Source: Gammaproteobacteria bacterium
Lineage (GTDB): Bacteria; Pseudomonadota; Gammaproteobacteria; UBA4575
Assembly (NCBI GenBank): GCA_965222615.1
Contig: CBDCUI010000008.1
Location: forward strand, 192,001-256,000
Reading direction: 5' to 3'
Length of the DNA: 64,000 bases
The notes beneath the pieces are model-generated. The model worked only from the letters and a program-made list of their open reading frames with translations. It ran no database searches and was not told the DNA's origin. The position numbers and the translations under genes were made by a program. Every line of letters begins with the position of its first letter. Position 1 is the first letter of the stretch. This document shows positions 18,348 to 28,376 of the stretch, piece after piece.

Positions 18348-18686
18348 TTAAACTGCGCTGCCAAACCCTTTATCAACTGCCCCGGCAGGTGCATGCAGTC
18401 CTGCTATTCTACATCCTTGTGCGACTGGCCCACCTGGAAACAAGTCATATAAATATTTCATGCCACCTTTATGATGAAATTTTTCTTCTAATGCATCGTG
18501 AAGTTCGCGCATATTTATTTGGTTGATTTCGTGGCGTGAATAAAATTCTTGCAAGGCGTGAACTACACTAAAGTGGTCCTCGGTTAGAGTTAACCCTTCT
18601 TCGGTGGCTGCTTTGATTGTATCTTCTTCTGTCCAATCTTCAGATATAAACGCACGCGCATAATCATTTTTTATAGATGTGGTCAT
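18348..18686 (-). CDS. DsrC/TusE-family protein with only the internal cysteine
   Basis: LTEDHFSVV, KYLYDLFPGGPVAQGCRIAGL; no penultimate Cys. Confidence 0.88.
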   Translation of the reverse strand: MTTSIKNDYARAFISEDWTEEDTIKAATEEGLTLTEDHFSVVHALQEFYSRHEINQINMRELHDALEEKFHHKGGMKYLYDLFPGGPVAQGCRIAGLHAPAGAVDKGFGSAV

Positions 18687-18913
18687 AAACTTATCCCTCT
18701 ATGCAAAACAATAAAAAATTATTATTGAACTATTATGTTAGCTAGAATGAATTATACAGTATCTACATAGCTAACGAGAAAATGGGCGGAGTTAATTAGC
18801 AATAAAATCCAGGAGAGTTAAAAGCCTGGATGTAGCGATTATTCATCCAATTAATGTTTATATAGCTGAAAAGTTTATTTTATAGTCAAAAACTTGTATG
18901 GAATCATGGTCAT

Positions 18914-19372
18914 TTAGCGCAAGAATTTTTCCATTCTTTGGTGCTTGAGTGCGAGCAACTCACTTTTACTGTCACCCTCTATTTTGTAACCATTATGAAT
19001 ATACAATGGTATTGCAACTTCGCGCGCATATAGCCAGCAAACTTGCACGTCATTAGAATGTGCAATTTGCTCAAGTTCTCTAAGAATAGAACTACTGATC
19101 CCTTGCCGTTGATAATCATCATGCACTGCCATATATCGAATGCGTGCTGACTTATCGGGCTCGATATGAATTCTGCCCACACCAATCACATTTTGATCAT
19201 GATAAGCAGCAATATGAAAAGCGCTTTTTTCCAATTCGTCTTGTTCGCTACCGCGTGGGAGTCCGAGTGGTTTTCGCAGCATTTCCCATCGAAACAAAAA
19301 ATAGTCTTTAAATTCCTGAGTAGTTGTTGGAGATTTGTAGACAATCAAAATAATGAGGTTAGGCAAACACAA
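18914..19372 (-). CDS. GNAT-family acetyltransferase
   Basis: IRYMAVHDDYQRQGIS acetyl-CoA motif. Confidence 0.85.
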   Translation of the reverse strand: MCLPNLIILIVYKSPTTTQEFKDYFLFRWEMLRKPLGLPRGSEQDELEKSAFHIAAYHDQNVIGVGRIHIEPDKSARIRYMAVHDDYQRQGISSSILRELEQIAHSNDVQVCWLYAREVAIPLYIHNGYKIEGDSKSELLALKHQRMEKFLR

Positions 19373-19988
19373 CCCAGGTAGTTGCGATGTACTTAAGTCC
19401 TTTTTTTAACGTAACGCCACGATGTTCATGAGTCCAAAATGGCGGGAACAATAACAATTTACCAATTTCAGGTTTAATTTTTACATTTTGAAATAAAAAT
19501 TCAGTTTCACCACCAGGACCTGCTACATTATTTAAATACCATATGGCGACAAGTTGGCGATGACTGAAATCGTGGCTGCCTCCATCAATATGCCAGTGAT
19601 AATATTCACCTGCACTCGTTTTTTGAATGCCATAACCCATGTCTTTGAATGGGCCTTTAAAAAAAGGATAGGTTTCACGAAATTCTTGAATGGCAGATCC
19701 TAGTGCACGAAACAGTGTCCGATCTATATCTTGCCAGTGTTTTTTCCCGCTTATTACAAGGTCTGTGGATTTCTTAATGCTAATGTCTTTATCAGCGAGC
19801 TGCCCTATTCGTCCCTCGTATTGTTCATCTTTAGCATTCTCAAATCGTTGAACTACATCTGTACAAAATTGTTCAGAAAGTGAATGGGGTTGCTCAAAAA
19901 TAAAACTATTGGGTTTTACTTCACTTATTGTTTGTGATGATGTTGTAGCTCGTACGTTGCACGAGGCTGTTTCTTGATTATGAGGCAT
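19359..19988 (-). CDS. 2OG-Fe(II) oxygenase
   Basis: YHWHID, WYLN, GGETEF, THEHRG, KYIATTW. Confidence 0.88.
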   Translation of the reverse strand: MPHNQETASCNVRATTSSQTISEVKPNSFIFEQPHSLSEQFCTDVVQRFENAKDEQYEGRIGQLADKDISIKKSTDLVISGKKHWQDIDRTLFRALGSAIQEFRETYPFFKGPFKDMGYGIQKTSAGEYYHWHIDGGSHDFSHRQLVAIWYLNNVAGPGGETEFLFQNVKIKPEIGKLLLFPPFWTHEHRGVTLKKGLKYIATTWVVFA

Positions 19989-19991
19989 TGT

Positions 19992-21035
19992 TTATAGTGT
20001 ATTTTGCTCTACTAAGCCTTCTAACTTAGGTATACAAACATCTTTTTCTTTTTCATAATAATCGAGCATTGTATAAGCTAAGTTAGACCAGTGTTTAACA
20101 CCCCTGGCAACTATTTTCTTTAAGGGTTTTAAGTCATTTGTATCTACCCAAGTTTGATATGCTTGTAGAAAGCTTGGGAAAAGTTCTTTGCGCATAGCAA
20201 CAAAATTTGCTGCATAAAAATGTAGAGATGCGGGGTTATAATTTTCTATTAAACCTGGCAAAGTAGATAAACAATCTGCAAGTAAATCTTTGACTGCCCT
20301 TGCCATTATTTCTGTACGTGACCTAGGCAGGCTTATTATCATTTTGCGCCAGCTTTCACTTAATTGTTGGGTTGCAATAAATTCACCAATTTCATGTAAA
20401 GCTACGGCTTCTAGTTCATTGTCGGTCATATCATCAAGTGCGATTTCTACATTATGGTCAAAATCGTAAAATGCTAGTGCTCTAGCCATGGCATTGTCAT
20501 GTTTATGCCATTGCCATTCTTGAAATTTTTCCCACAAATATCGACGTAATGATTCGCGGCGAATAAAAACGTTTTTTCCTAATGTCATCGCGGGAGGTGC
20601 AGTTAAATCACGCGCGCATTCATCCGCTGATACGTACATAGTGAAATCGTTGTAGACTTCTTTTGTTTCTAATTTGCCTAAGAAAAAATGCGGGGCCGAT
20701 CGCAAGCCAATACCGCCGCTATATACATAGCCCTTAGGGGCCAAGGCATTATTAATGTTATCGGTATCAAAAGGATCGAATTTCTTCCCATCGATTAATA
20801 GTGGTATAAAGCTCTCTTTCTCTAATTCTTCCCATAAACTTTCTCGCTCTTGTACCCAGCTGCCAATAGCCTCGTTAGGTAACGTATCATCGTAGGTATA
20901 ACCATTTTCCCAACGAAAGTATTCACGCATTTTTAGTAGATAGACACATAGTGTGTAATTTGCAGCATAACGTGCATCACAAATATCGCAATTTTTCTGC
21001 ACTGTTTCACATAGTATATGATCTGATTTATCCAT
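19992..21035 (-). CDS. Sfum_1244-like protein
   Basis: VQKNCDICDA...YTLCVYLLKMREYFRWE; HEIGE motif; family recognised from memory. Confidence 0.75.
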   Translation of the reverse strand: MDKSDHILCETVQKNCDICDARYAANYTLCVYLLKMREYFRWENGYTYDDTLPNEAIGSWVQERESLWEELEKESFIPLLIDGKKFDPFDTDNINNALAPKGYVYSGGIGLRSAPHFFLGKLETKEVYNDFTMYVSADECARDLTAPPAMTLGKNVFIRRESLRRYLWEKFQEWQWHKHDNAMARALAFYDFDHNVEIALDDMTDNELEAVALHEIGEFIATQQLSESWRKMIISLPRSRTEIMARAVKDLLADCLSTLPGLIENYNPASLHFYAANFVAMRKELFPSFLQAYQTWVDTNDLKPLKKIVARGVKHWSNLAYTMLDYYEKEKDVCIPKLEGLVEQNTL

Positions 21036-21162
21036 GGGCTTATTATACGCTGTATATGATACGATCTAAAAAGTAATCAAATTAACATTACAAATTGCAT
21101 GCCAAAAGACATTATTGATGAAACGAAACACACCTCCTATTTTGTAGGATAGTTTTTAAACC

Positions 21163-21777
21163 ATGGCTAGATTAAAAACCAAATGGAATTTAAAAGATCG
21201 TAAGCGTACACCTGAGGAAATTGCTAGTGTAATTGGCTTTAATCTTTGGATCTTAGCAGGCGAGTCATGCCTATTCCTTGAAAATGAAGGGTTTGAAACT
21301 CAAACACAATCTCAGCGCTTGGATGTCATAGCAGAATTTATTGCCTTTGGCACGCATATTGCGGATCGTATGGTATTTGATGAGATGACGGTTGCTGAGC
21401 GAGAGCTATTTATAAATGCGCTAGGCCATAATCTTGCTAATACAATGCAAACTAATTGCGAGGAGCTCTATGGCAAGGGGGATTATCATAAAGATTTTAT
21501 TAATTTGTTAAATATAAGGATGAATGAATACTCCGAATTTAGTTACAGTGAGAAAGATGGCCCTAGTTTTTCAATGCGGAGTATAGTCGGCAACCATGTA
21601 CAAGCTGTGATGGGAGAAAAAGATAATAAATGGATTCCTGATTATGTAATTGATTCCGAGATTCCTAAATTATTACTTGGACTTAAAAGAGTCTTTGCCG
21701 GGCAGCATCCATCTTTAAACGAAACTGAATTTGCACCACCACCTATACCGAAATCAGGGGTATGGGGAGAAGAATAA
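21163..21777 (+). CDS. Hypothetical protein
   Basis: 204-aa ORF with RBS agga. Confidence 0.75.
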   Translation: MARLKTKWNLKDRKRTPEEIASVIGFNLWILAGESCLFLENEGFETQTQSQRLDVIAEFIAFGTHIADRMVFDEMTVAERELFINALGHNLANTMQTNCEELYGKGDYHKDFINLLNIRMNEYSEFSYSEKDGPSFSMRSIVGNHVQAVMGEKDNKWIPDYVIDSEIPKLLLGLKRVFAGQHPSLNETEFAPPPIPKSGVWGEE

Positions 21778-21780
21778 AAA

Positions 21781-21800
21781 TTGCATCATGGATGATGCAA
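21781..21800 (+). terminator. Hairpin just after the stop (possible terminator)
   Basis: ttgcatca-tgga-tgatgcaa; no U tract. Confidence 0.35.
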
Positions 21801-22014
21801 GCAGATTAAAGATAAACTATTTGAAATTAGATTTGTTACTAAAATGATACGTGTCTAATTTAAGAAAAAACTTAAACTAAATAATTTATTAATGATTGTA
21901 TTTCATTAATAAGGGAATGGTGGTGCGAAAGTAAATTGCGAAATGAATCACGAGCGGGTACAAGTAAACTACAAAAATAAAACACGTCATATGAGACGTG
22001 TATAAATCCTAATA

Positions 22015-22998
22015 GTGCAAAAAAAATCAGTAATCTTGTTTATTGGGCTTGTTGTAAGTGCACTGGCTTTGTTTCTTGCGGTTCGTGGAGTGGACGGGCG
22101 TGAGTTATTAGAAGCGTTCTCAAAGGTAAAGTTGCTTTATGCAATCCCGCTAGTGTTATTTCTATTTTTGTTTTACTACCTGAAGTTACTGCGATGGCAG
22201 TTGCTATTAAGCGCGGCATCGACAAAACCAAGTAGAGGTGATTTGGCGGGTCCAATGGTGATTGGATTTGCAGCAAATAACCTTTTGCCATTTCGCATTG
22301 GTGAATTGATTCGTTTACTACTAGCTGCTAAAGAGACTCAAATCAGTAAGACTACAGTTTTAGGCTCACTAATAATAGAACGGTTTTTTGATATTAGTGC
22401 AATTTTACTACTTGGTGCACTTGCGTTAACGCAAATAGGAAAAAGTAGTGATTCGCTTCCATTTCAAGCCTATTTCACTCACGTCGCTTTGGCTTGTATG
22501 ATGGCAATTCTGCTGATTTCAATATTTTCACACAAAATAGTCTCTTTTCTTACTTATGTATTAAGGATACTGCCCGTTCGTTGGCATAGTTATCTGGTAG
22601 CACGAGTTCAAGCGTTTGAAAAAGCATTCACTCCAATTAGATCACCACTGCAAGCACTAATTTTGATTTTAAATTCTATTCTGCAATGGGCCTTGCTGGG
22701 TGCCGGTATCTGGGTCGCATGCATTGCAGCAGGTTGCGAAATCCCTGTTCTAGGAGCTTTGTATGTTTTGGTGCTTACTGTTATAGGGATTAGCATTCCA
22801 AGCACGCCTGGCTTTATAGGCGTTATCGAATATTGTTTTGTGTTGGGCCTTTCAGCATTTGGAATTGAAAAGGAGCAGGCACTTGCTGCTGCTGTGTTTT
22901 ATCATGTCATTACTTGGGTTGGGATAACGAGTGTAGGTACATTCTTCGTTCATCGCTACGCCCTTTCATGGAAAAGTATCGCGAATACTGAGAGTTAA
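22015..22998 (+). CDS. Lysylphosphatidylglycerol synthase TM / flippase-like membrane protein
   Basis: NNLLPFRIGELIR, ERFFD, PSTPGFIGVIE. Confidence 0.88.
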   Translation: MQKKSVILFIGLVVSALALFLAVRGVDGRELLEAFSKVKLLYAIPLVLFLFLFYYLKLLRWQLLLSAASTKPSRGDLAGPMVIGFAANNLLPFRIGELIRLLLAAKETQISKTTVLGSLIIERFFDISAILLLGALALTQIGKSSDSLPFQAYFTHVALACMMAILLISIFSHKIVSFLTYVLRILPVRWHSYLVARVQAFEKAFTPIRSPLQALILILNSILQWALLGAGIWVACIAAGCEIPVLGALYVLVLTVIGISIPSTPGFIGVIEYCFVLGLSAFGIEKEQALAAAVFYHVITWVGITSVGTFFVHRYALSWKSIANTES

Positions 22999-23022
22999 AT
23001 TGAGCTAATAATAACTCAGACC

Positions 23023-24042
23023 TTAATATTCTATTTTCATATCCTCTATTAGTTTTTGCAAACGTTCAAAAGTTTGTGCAGACAAAGTTCGTTTATCAGA
23101 TATATTAAAAGACGTAGGCTGCGAGTTTATGTTCTTACGATACCCAAGTTCAGTAGTTTCTGACTTAATTTTCTCAGCCACTTTAACTGGGTTTGCGCAA
23201 AAGTCTTCGTACTGAACCCATAGAATGTTATCAGGTGGGATTGCATTAGCCTCTCTGCGCATGGAGTCGAAATGAAATTTTACCTGTCGACACACATCGG
23301 TTACTGGATCACTTGGATCAGCATCGCTATGATTTACACCATATGGCAATGACATGTTACCGACAATGCGCTCCCTCGCAACTAGTAAGCTCTGGGCTAA
23401 AAACAATGGATCACGCTTAACAAAAAGAAATTTTGCTGTCGGTAAATAAGGTGCGACAATACTTGCACACACATTGAGTCTATTTACTTTGCCAACGATC
23501 GGTTTAGAGTACAGCGCTTCAAGGGCTGCAAAAAAAGATGGCATATCGAACTCGCTACCATGTGCAAGTACGTTGGGAACTTCGGACCGATTCCGACCCA
23601 GCCATCGATCCCATATGTATAGGGCATCGTTGAACCCACTGAAATTTTTGCTGCGACCATAAAATGCATCGTAGTCACCAGTATTTGAAATTGAATTGCG
23701 ACCCCAGATACGGTTAATTGTTAGAGGCGATCTAGGGAATAATGAAGTAAGATTATTTAAATAAGATACATCGAATACGTTTACCAAATATTGTGCAACC
23801 AATGATGTGCCACTTCTAGGTGGGCCCGCTACTAAAAATATAGGCAATTTTGGACGGTCATATCTGTGTACAAATGAATTTTCAAATGGCTTAAGTAGCA
23901 AATCGAGTGGCGCCATCGCCAACCCGCCAATTGCAAAATACAATGCCGATCGTGCTGCTGGGTTCTTAGAGAAAAGAAGCGATAGCGCTAAACGCAATGG
24001 TTTTTGCGGTCCTTGAGGGATATATAGCTGTTTTTTCTTCAA
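23023..24042 (-). CDS. Sulfotransferase family protein
   Basis: PAPS motif GPPRSGTS; FVKRDP; VQYEDFC. Confidence 0.85.
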   Translation of the reverse strand: MKKKQLYIPQGPQKPLRLALSLLFSKNPAARSALYFAIGGLAMAPLDLLLKPFENSFVHRYDRPKLPIFLVAGPPRSGTSLVAQYLVNVFDVSYLNNLTSLFPRSPLTINRIWGRNSISNTGDYDAFYGRSKNFSGFNDALYIWDRWLGRNRSEVPNVLAHGSEFDMPSFFAALEALYSKPIVGKVNRLNVCASIVAPYLPTAKFLFVKRDPLFLAQSLLVARERIVGNMSLPYGVNHSDADPSDPVTDVCRQVKFHFDSMRREANAIPPDNILWVQYEDFCANPVKVAEKIKSETTELGYRKNINSQPTSFNISDKRTLSAQTFERLQKLIEDMKIEY

Positions 24043-24403
24043 CTAAACCTCATAAAATTTAGGCAGATGTAATCAGGGGCTCGAACTTCGAATCACGCTT
24101 TATACGTATTCATAATTACACAACAATAATGCTTAGTCAGAATCTCGATATGAGTATCAATTATTTTAAGTTTTGAATTATCTGGAATGTGCATACTCAA
24201 AAATTATGACCTCAACATAAGCTTATTTTTTTGCAGGTTTATTTTAATGGTCATTTTTCAAACAACATGTTTCAGTTTATCAACGTAATATGTTGAACTA
24301 CAATAAATTAACAACCAACATATGTATAGTGAGCATGTTCTTCACAGAAAAGCTAGTTAAATAACTTAATGAACTTACAAATATTATCGATTAGTAATAA
24401 ATA

Positions 24404-25957
24404 ATGTTTTCATTATTAAGCACAAAAAATTTTACTAATGCTGTTGAATTGCTACTTAAGCAATTAGATCAAGAAACAACATTTGGTAGACTATTTCTTG
24501 TACTTCTACCTCTATTTCTTCTACTTCAGTTACCAGTATTTTGGATCGGCAATGAAGAAATCACTTTTATGGCAGCTTATCGCCGCGTCGCACCGGAAAA
24601 ATTTTCAGAGTTCCATTTATTATTTGGTCAGTCCAATGCGCGCTTTATCATAGACTATTTTCTTGGCAATCTCATAAAGATATTTGGTTATGAGAATGCC
24701 CATTCTATTGCACGCATAATGATGGCGTTGCTTTACGCAGTGAGTTTTGGTGTTCTTTTTAATGCCCTAAAGCTTTCAGTATTACGATCAGTCATTGTTA
24801 TTGTGATATTTATGCTCATGGGCCAACAACTATTCGGTGGTGAATGGCTGTTTGGTGGAGTTGAGCATAAAACATTTGCTTACGCTGCTGTAGTAGCCGC
24901 ACTGGGGTTGGCATTGAATGATCGTTGGCTGATTGCCACTATCCTTGTAGGAATCGCGACTTACTTTCATTTTCTAGTTGGTGGATTTTGGGTAGTCGCA
25001 TTGGCTTTGCTTGTTTTTATTAGAGCAGGATCGTTTCTAAGGGCACTTTACATTTTACTTTTATACTTTTTAATTATTTCCCCTCTGTTGGCTATTATCG
25101 TATTTGAACAATTTGTCAGGCAACCTGAAGTCAGCGGAGTCAATCCCAACGAGCTTTATGCAATGCGAAATGCACATATCGTAGCTCCATTTTCCAGCTA
25201 TCGACAGTTTTGGAACAATTGGACTACAGGGGTTTTTACAACGATTATGATGGCTTTAGCTTTTGTAGTGCTCACTAAGCGAACACAAGCTTCAATACCA
25301 CCTGTGTATATTTTGATACTTTTGCTTTATCTTCTTTTTGCACTTGTGGCCAGCTTTATTGATAAAGATACGTTTATTTTGAGTAAATTTTTCTTATTTC
25401 GGCCATCATCACTTATTCTTTTGCTCGCGTTAGCTACGGTCTTATCTGTAAATTTTGTTGATCGCGAGACTTCTTCGAACACTATAACTTTAATATTGCG
25501 ACTTGTAGCCGTAGTACTTATATCGGTATTCGTGTGGACAGAAGTAAAATCTAAAGTAGACTTATACCGTAAACCTCGAGTGCTTCGAGATCTTCCTGCT
25601 TTAACTGCTGTCATTGAAGCAGAATCTAAACCTACAGAAATTGTTTTAATAGAAGAGGTACAAAAGTATGGTTATCCTTATGTTGGATTACCGCGCCAGC
25701 TCCCGCGTCCTACTTTTGTTTCCTGGAAAGCTATGTCACATAAGCCATCGGAAATACTAAAATGGAATAACCGTATGGAATATAAAAAATCTCTTTTTGA
25801 AAAAGGTTGTAGGGAGCCCTTGATTTATCCAATACGATTACTGTTGGTATTTGATTCCACAACTTTGGACATAGTTAAAAACTGTGGCCAGGTTGTGTGG
25901 CAGTCAAAGAATCGTTACTTACTTCGTATAGATGATCGATGGGTCTATCAGGAATGA
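24404..25957 (+). CDS. Polytopic membrane protein (possibly GT-C-like)
   Basis: Many TM segments; ATYFHFLVG; soluble C-terminus. Confidence 0.65.
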   Translation: MFSLLSTKNFTNAVELLLKQLDQETTFGRLFLVLLPLFLLLQLPVFWIGNEEITFMAAYRRVAPEKFSEFHLLFGQSNARFIIDYFLGNLIKIFGYENAHSIARIMMALLYAVSFGVLFNALKLSVLRSVIVIVIFMLMGQQLFGGEWLFGGVEHKTFAYAAVVAALGLALNDRWLIATILVGIATYFHFLVGGFWVVALALLVFIRAGSFLRALYILLLYFLIISPLLAIIVFEQFVRQPEVSGVNPNELYAMRNAHIVAPFSSYRQFWNNWTTGVFTTIMMALAFVVLTKRTQASIPPVYILILLLYLLFALVASFIDKDTFILSKFFLFRPSSLILLLALATVLSVNFVDRETSSNTITLILRLVAVVLISVFVWTEVKSKVDLYRKPRVLRDLPALTAVIEAESKPTEIVLIEEVQKYGYPYVGLPRQLPRPTFVSWKAMSHKPSEILKWNNRMEYKKSLFEKGCREPLIYPIRLLLVFDSTTLDIVKNCGQVVWQSKNRYLLRIDDRWVYQE

Positions 25958-26050
25958 CAAGCATTTGTTTTGTCTAAACCATAAATTTCAAAGGTGTAAC
26001 CAACGTAATAATTATCTTTCTATAAATCTATCGAACAAGAAACTTAGTAT

Positions 26051-26245
26051 TTACTTCTTCCATTTATCAAAATTATCTGCATTTTTTTCTTGGCCGTCTT
26101 CGTATCCAGCTGTGTAAGCCTCTGTTACACGCTGTTCCTCACGTTCAGGATGGCCTAAGTATCCACCTTGCCAACCTACAATGTATTCGGGATCCACTCC
26201 GACAGATTCCATTTTTGTGACAGCGTCTCGATATGCTTGGTCCAT
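26051..26245 (-). CDS. Alvin_2107-like small protein linked to sulfur-globule oxidation
   Basis: Likely start ATG 26245 after GGAGG; EYIVGWQGGYLGHPEREEQRVTEAYTAGYEDG. Confidence 0.8.
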   Translation of the reverse strand: MDQAYRDAVTKMESVGVDPEYIVGWQGGYLGHPEREEQRVTEAYTAGYEDGQEKNADNFDKWKK

Positions 26246-26273
26246 GTTGCCTCCATTTATATTTAGATAGTGT

Positions 26274-27410
26274 TTAATATAGTTTGTTTTGTTGAAAATG
26301 AGCAAGTGCTTTACCAGAATCAATAACTTTTTTAACCTTCTCGGCAGAAGTTTGTAGATTGTTTTCAATACCCATGTGCGTGAGCATAATCGCGCAAGCA
26401 TAAATTAAGCTATCATGTGCAGGTCCTCGTTCGCCTTGCAGTGCTGCGATTCCAATTTCTGCAGCTTTGCTAGCGAGTTGATCGATATCCATGTTTGCAG
26501 CAGTTTCATCGCCAGCTGCCTTTGCAGCATTTAGTTCTGGCAAAGGTACTGCGCGCACGTCTTGTTCAACATTGACATGACTTGGATGAATTTCAATTTC
26601 TTGTAACTCACCTTTATTGAGGTACTGAAAGTATTTAGATTCTTGCTTTAAAGAAGGTATTACACCTCCTTCCACCCCACGAATTAAAACTGCAGATTCA
26701 AAGCCAGATAACTTGGCTAAGTGTTCATATACAGGAGGATAGGGTTTGTGTACATAACCGGTCATTAAATGTGTTCCGAGTTTTCCTCGTACAGGGCCAA
26801 TTAAAACTTCTACAGTTGTAATAACTGGGCGTTTAACAATTTGAGTGCGCAAAGGAATTAAACTATGCAAAGCAGGACAAATTTCTTTTTGATCTACATA
26901 GGCCCAGGCAATTTCAGGATTATTAATTTGTTTAGTGGCTTGTTGCACATTCAAATCGACATCAATGCCTGCAGCGCGTAATACTTTACGATGTGTTACC
27001 CCGTATTTTGGTCCAACTGCTTCGGCGCCATGGGATACTGCAGGGAGTTCACATGCAGCAAGTACTGCTGGCACAAATGGCGAGATCGGTAATCTACGTG
27101 TGTACCCATCATAAGGATCAGCGACATCAATCACATGATCAACATCTGCTGTAACGATATTGGATGAATCAATAATTGCCTGTAAGGAACCGCCGTTTTC
27201 ATCCAGGGTTTCTCGTTTCATGCGCAAGGCAATTAAAAAGATACCTGCCTGAACGGGATCAGCAGTGCCGTTCAAGATATGATGCATAGCATCTTTCGCC
27301 TCTTCAAAAGAGATGTCTTTACTGTATTCAGGTCCAGTAGCAACACGCTGTATATACGAACGCATCGCAAGTGCTGCATCCGGGTTTATTTGTGATTCAG
27401 CTAGGGACAT
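26274..27410 (-). CDS. Anthranilate phosphoribosyltransferase-like (TrpD/YbiB-type) protein
   Basis: FLIALRMKRET, PYDGYTR, VGPKYG; lacks the canonical TrpD GTGGD motif. Confidence 0.8.
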   Translation of the reverse strand: MSLAESQINPDAALAMRSYIQRVATGPEYSKDISFEEAKDAMHHILNGTADPVQAGIFLIALRMKRETLDENGGSLQAIIDSSNIVTADVDHVIDVADPYDGYTRRLPISPFVPAVLAACELPAVSHGAEAVGPKYGVTHRKVLRAAGIDVDLNVQQATKQINNPEIAWAYVDQKEICPALHSLIPLRTQIVKRPVITTVEVLIGPVRGKLGTHLMTGYVHKPYPPVYEHLAKLSGFESAVLIRGVEGGVIPSLKQESKYFQYLNKGELQEIEIHPSHVNVEQDVRAVPLPELNAAKAAGDETAANMDIDQLASKAAEIGIAALQGERGPAHDSLIYACAIMLTHMGIENNLQTSAEKVKKVIDSGKALAHFQQNKLY

Positions 27411-27738
27411 AGTCTTAATGATGCCATTAAAAAACTGGCAAGGCAGGATACAAAATGGGATGTTCACCAAAATATATCTCTACTGAGGTACGAATGGGGA
27501 ACAAAAAAGTGTCTTTTACCCTTTTACTAAATTGTTTTGCTTTGGCAATTACTCATTTGCTTACATACATAAGCCCTATTTTTCAAAAACACCGTATCTT
27601 GTTCGAGAGCAAAATCCACTACTTTTATACTTGGTATTGTGATCGGGAATTAATCTCAATATGGCTATTACTAGGATTTTGGCATTTCAAGTATGATGGT
27701 TGACTAATTAGTACTCTGATTCAACATCGGGAACAAAT

Positions 27739-28176
27739 ATGTCTGACGATGAGCTGGATTTTAATAGTGGCATGATGGCTTTTGAAGCCAAGCACTTTTC
27801 TCGCGCGATGCAAATACTTTCTCCACTTGCTGAACAAGGCAATACCGATGCACAACATCGTTGTGCAATTATGTATCAAAATGGTTTAGGTGTGGCCGTG
27901 AATCCCGAGGCGGCCTTTAAATGGATGAAAGCCGCCGCTGAATCGGGTCATGATTTGGCCCAACATGGTTTGGGTTTTATGTATATGGAAGGAGATTGTG
28001 TAGAACAAAATGGTGAGGAGGCCGCAAGGTGGTTTACCAAAGCTGCGGAACAGGGGTTGCAAGGTTCTCAAACCACGTTAGCGATGATGTATGAAGAAGG
28101 GCGTGGCGTTAGAAAAGATTTAGAAAAAGCTAAGCAGTGGTATGCAAAAGCAGGCTTTTCCTCTGAAGAAATCTAA
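27739..28176 (+). CDS. Sel1-repeat protein
   Basis: Three Sel1 repeats (AQH..MY..G.GV...A..W..KAAE.G). Confidence 0.92.
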   Translation: MSDDELDFNSGMMAFEAKHFSRAMQILSPLAEQGNTDAQHRCAIMYQNGLGVAVNPEAAFKWMKAAAESGHDLAQHGLGFMYMEGDCVEQNGEEAARWFTKAAEQGLQGSQTTLAMMYEEGRGVRKDLEKAKQWYAKAGFSSEEI

Positions 28177-28340
28177 GGAAGCTCAGATTTATTCTGATAT
28201 GTCCCAAAGAAAGATAAATTAGCAATGATTTCTCAAAATACTCATGTATGCCAAGAAAATAGAGGAAGTATACACTCCGTTTTTTCAAAATCATTTTGCC
28301 TAATCTCAGCCATTTCATTAATAAATCTGAACTTCCTTAG
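28173..28340. repeat. ERIC/RPE-like element with expanded loop, 168 bp (copy I)
   Basis: IR ctaaggaagctcagatttatt / aataaatctgaacttccttag; core ctca-tgtat-(20 nt)-ataca-ctcc; contains the TAA stop. Confidence 0.85.
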
Positions 28341-28376
28341 GTAAAAGAAATTACGTTAAAAGACAATAATCAAACC

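Noticed and set aside
24062-24095. tRNA T-loop-like gttcgagcccc on the minus strand (possible att remnant)
   Set aside because: No cloverleaf, no second copy and no integrase
26246-26401. N-terminal extension of ORF 26051-26401
   Set aside because: Overlaps the upstream gene; a GGAGG RBS supports ATG 26245
27455-27703. 82-aa ORF between the TrpD-like and Sel1 genes
   Set aside because: AT-rich divergent promoter region with no motif or RBS support
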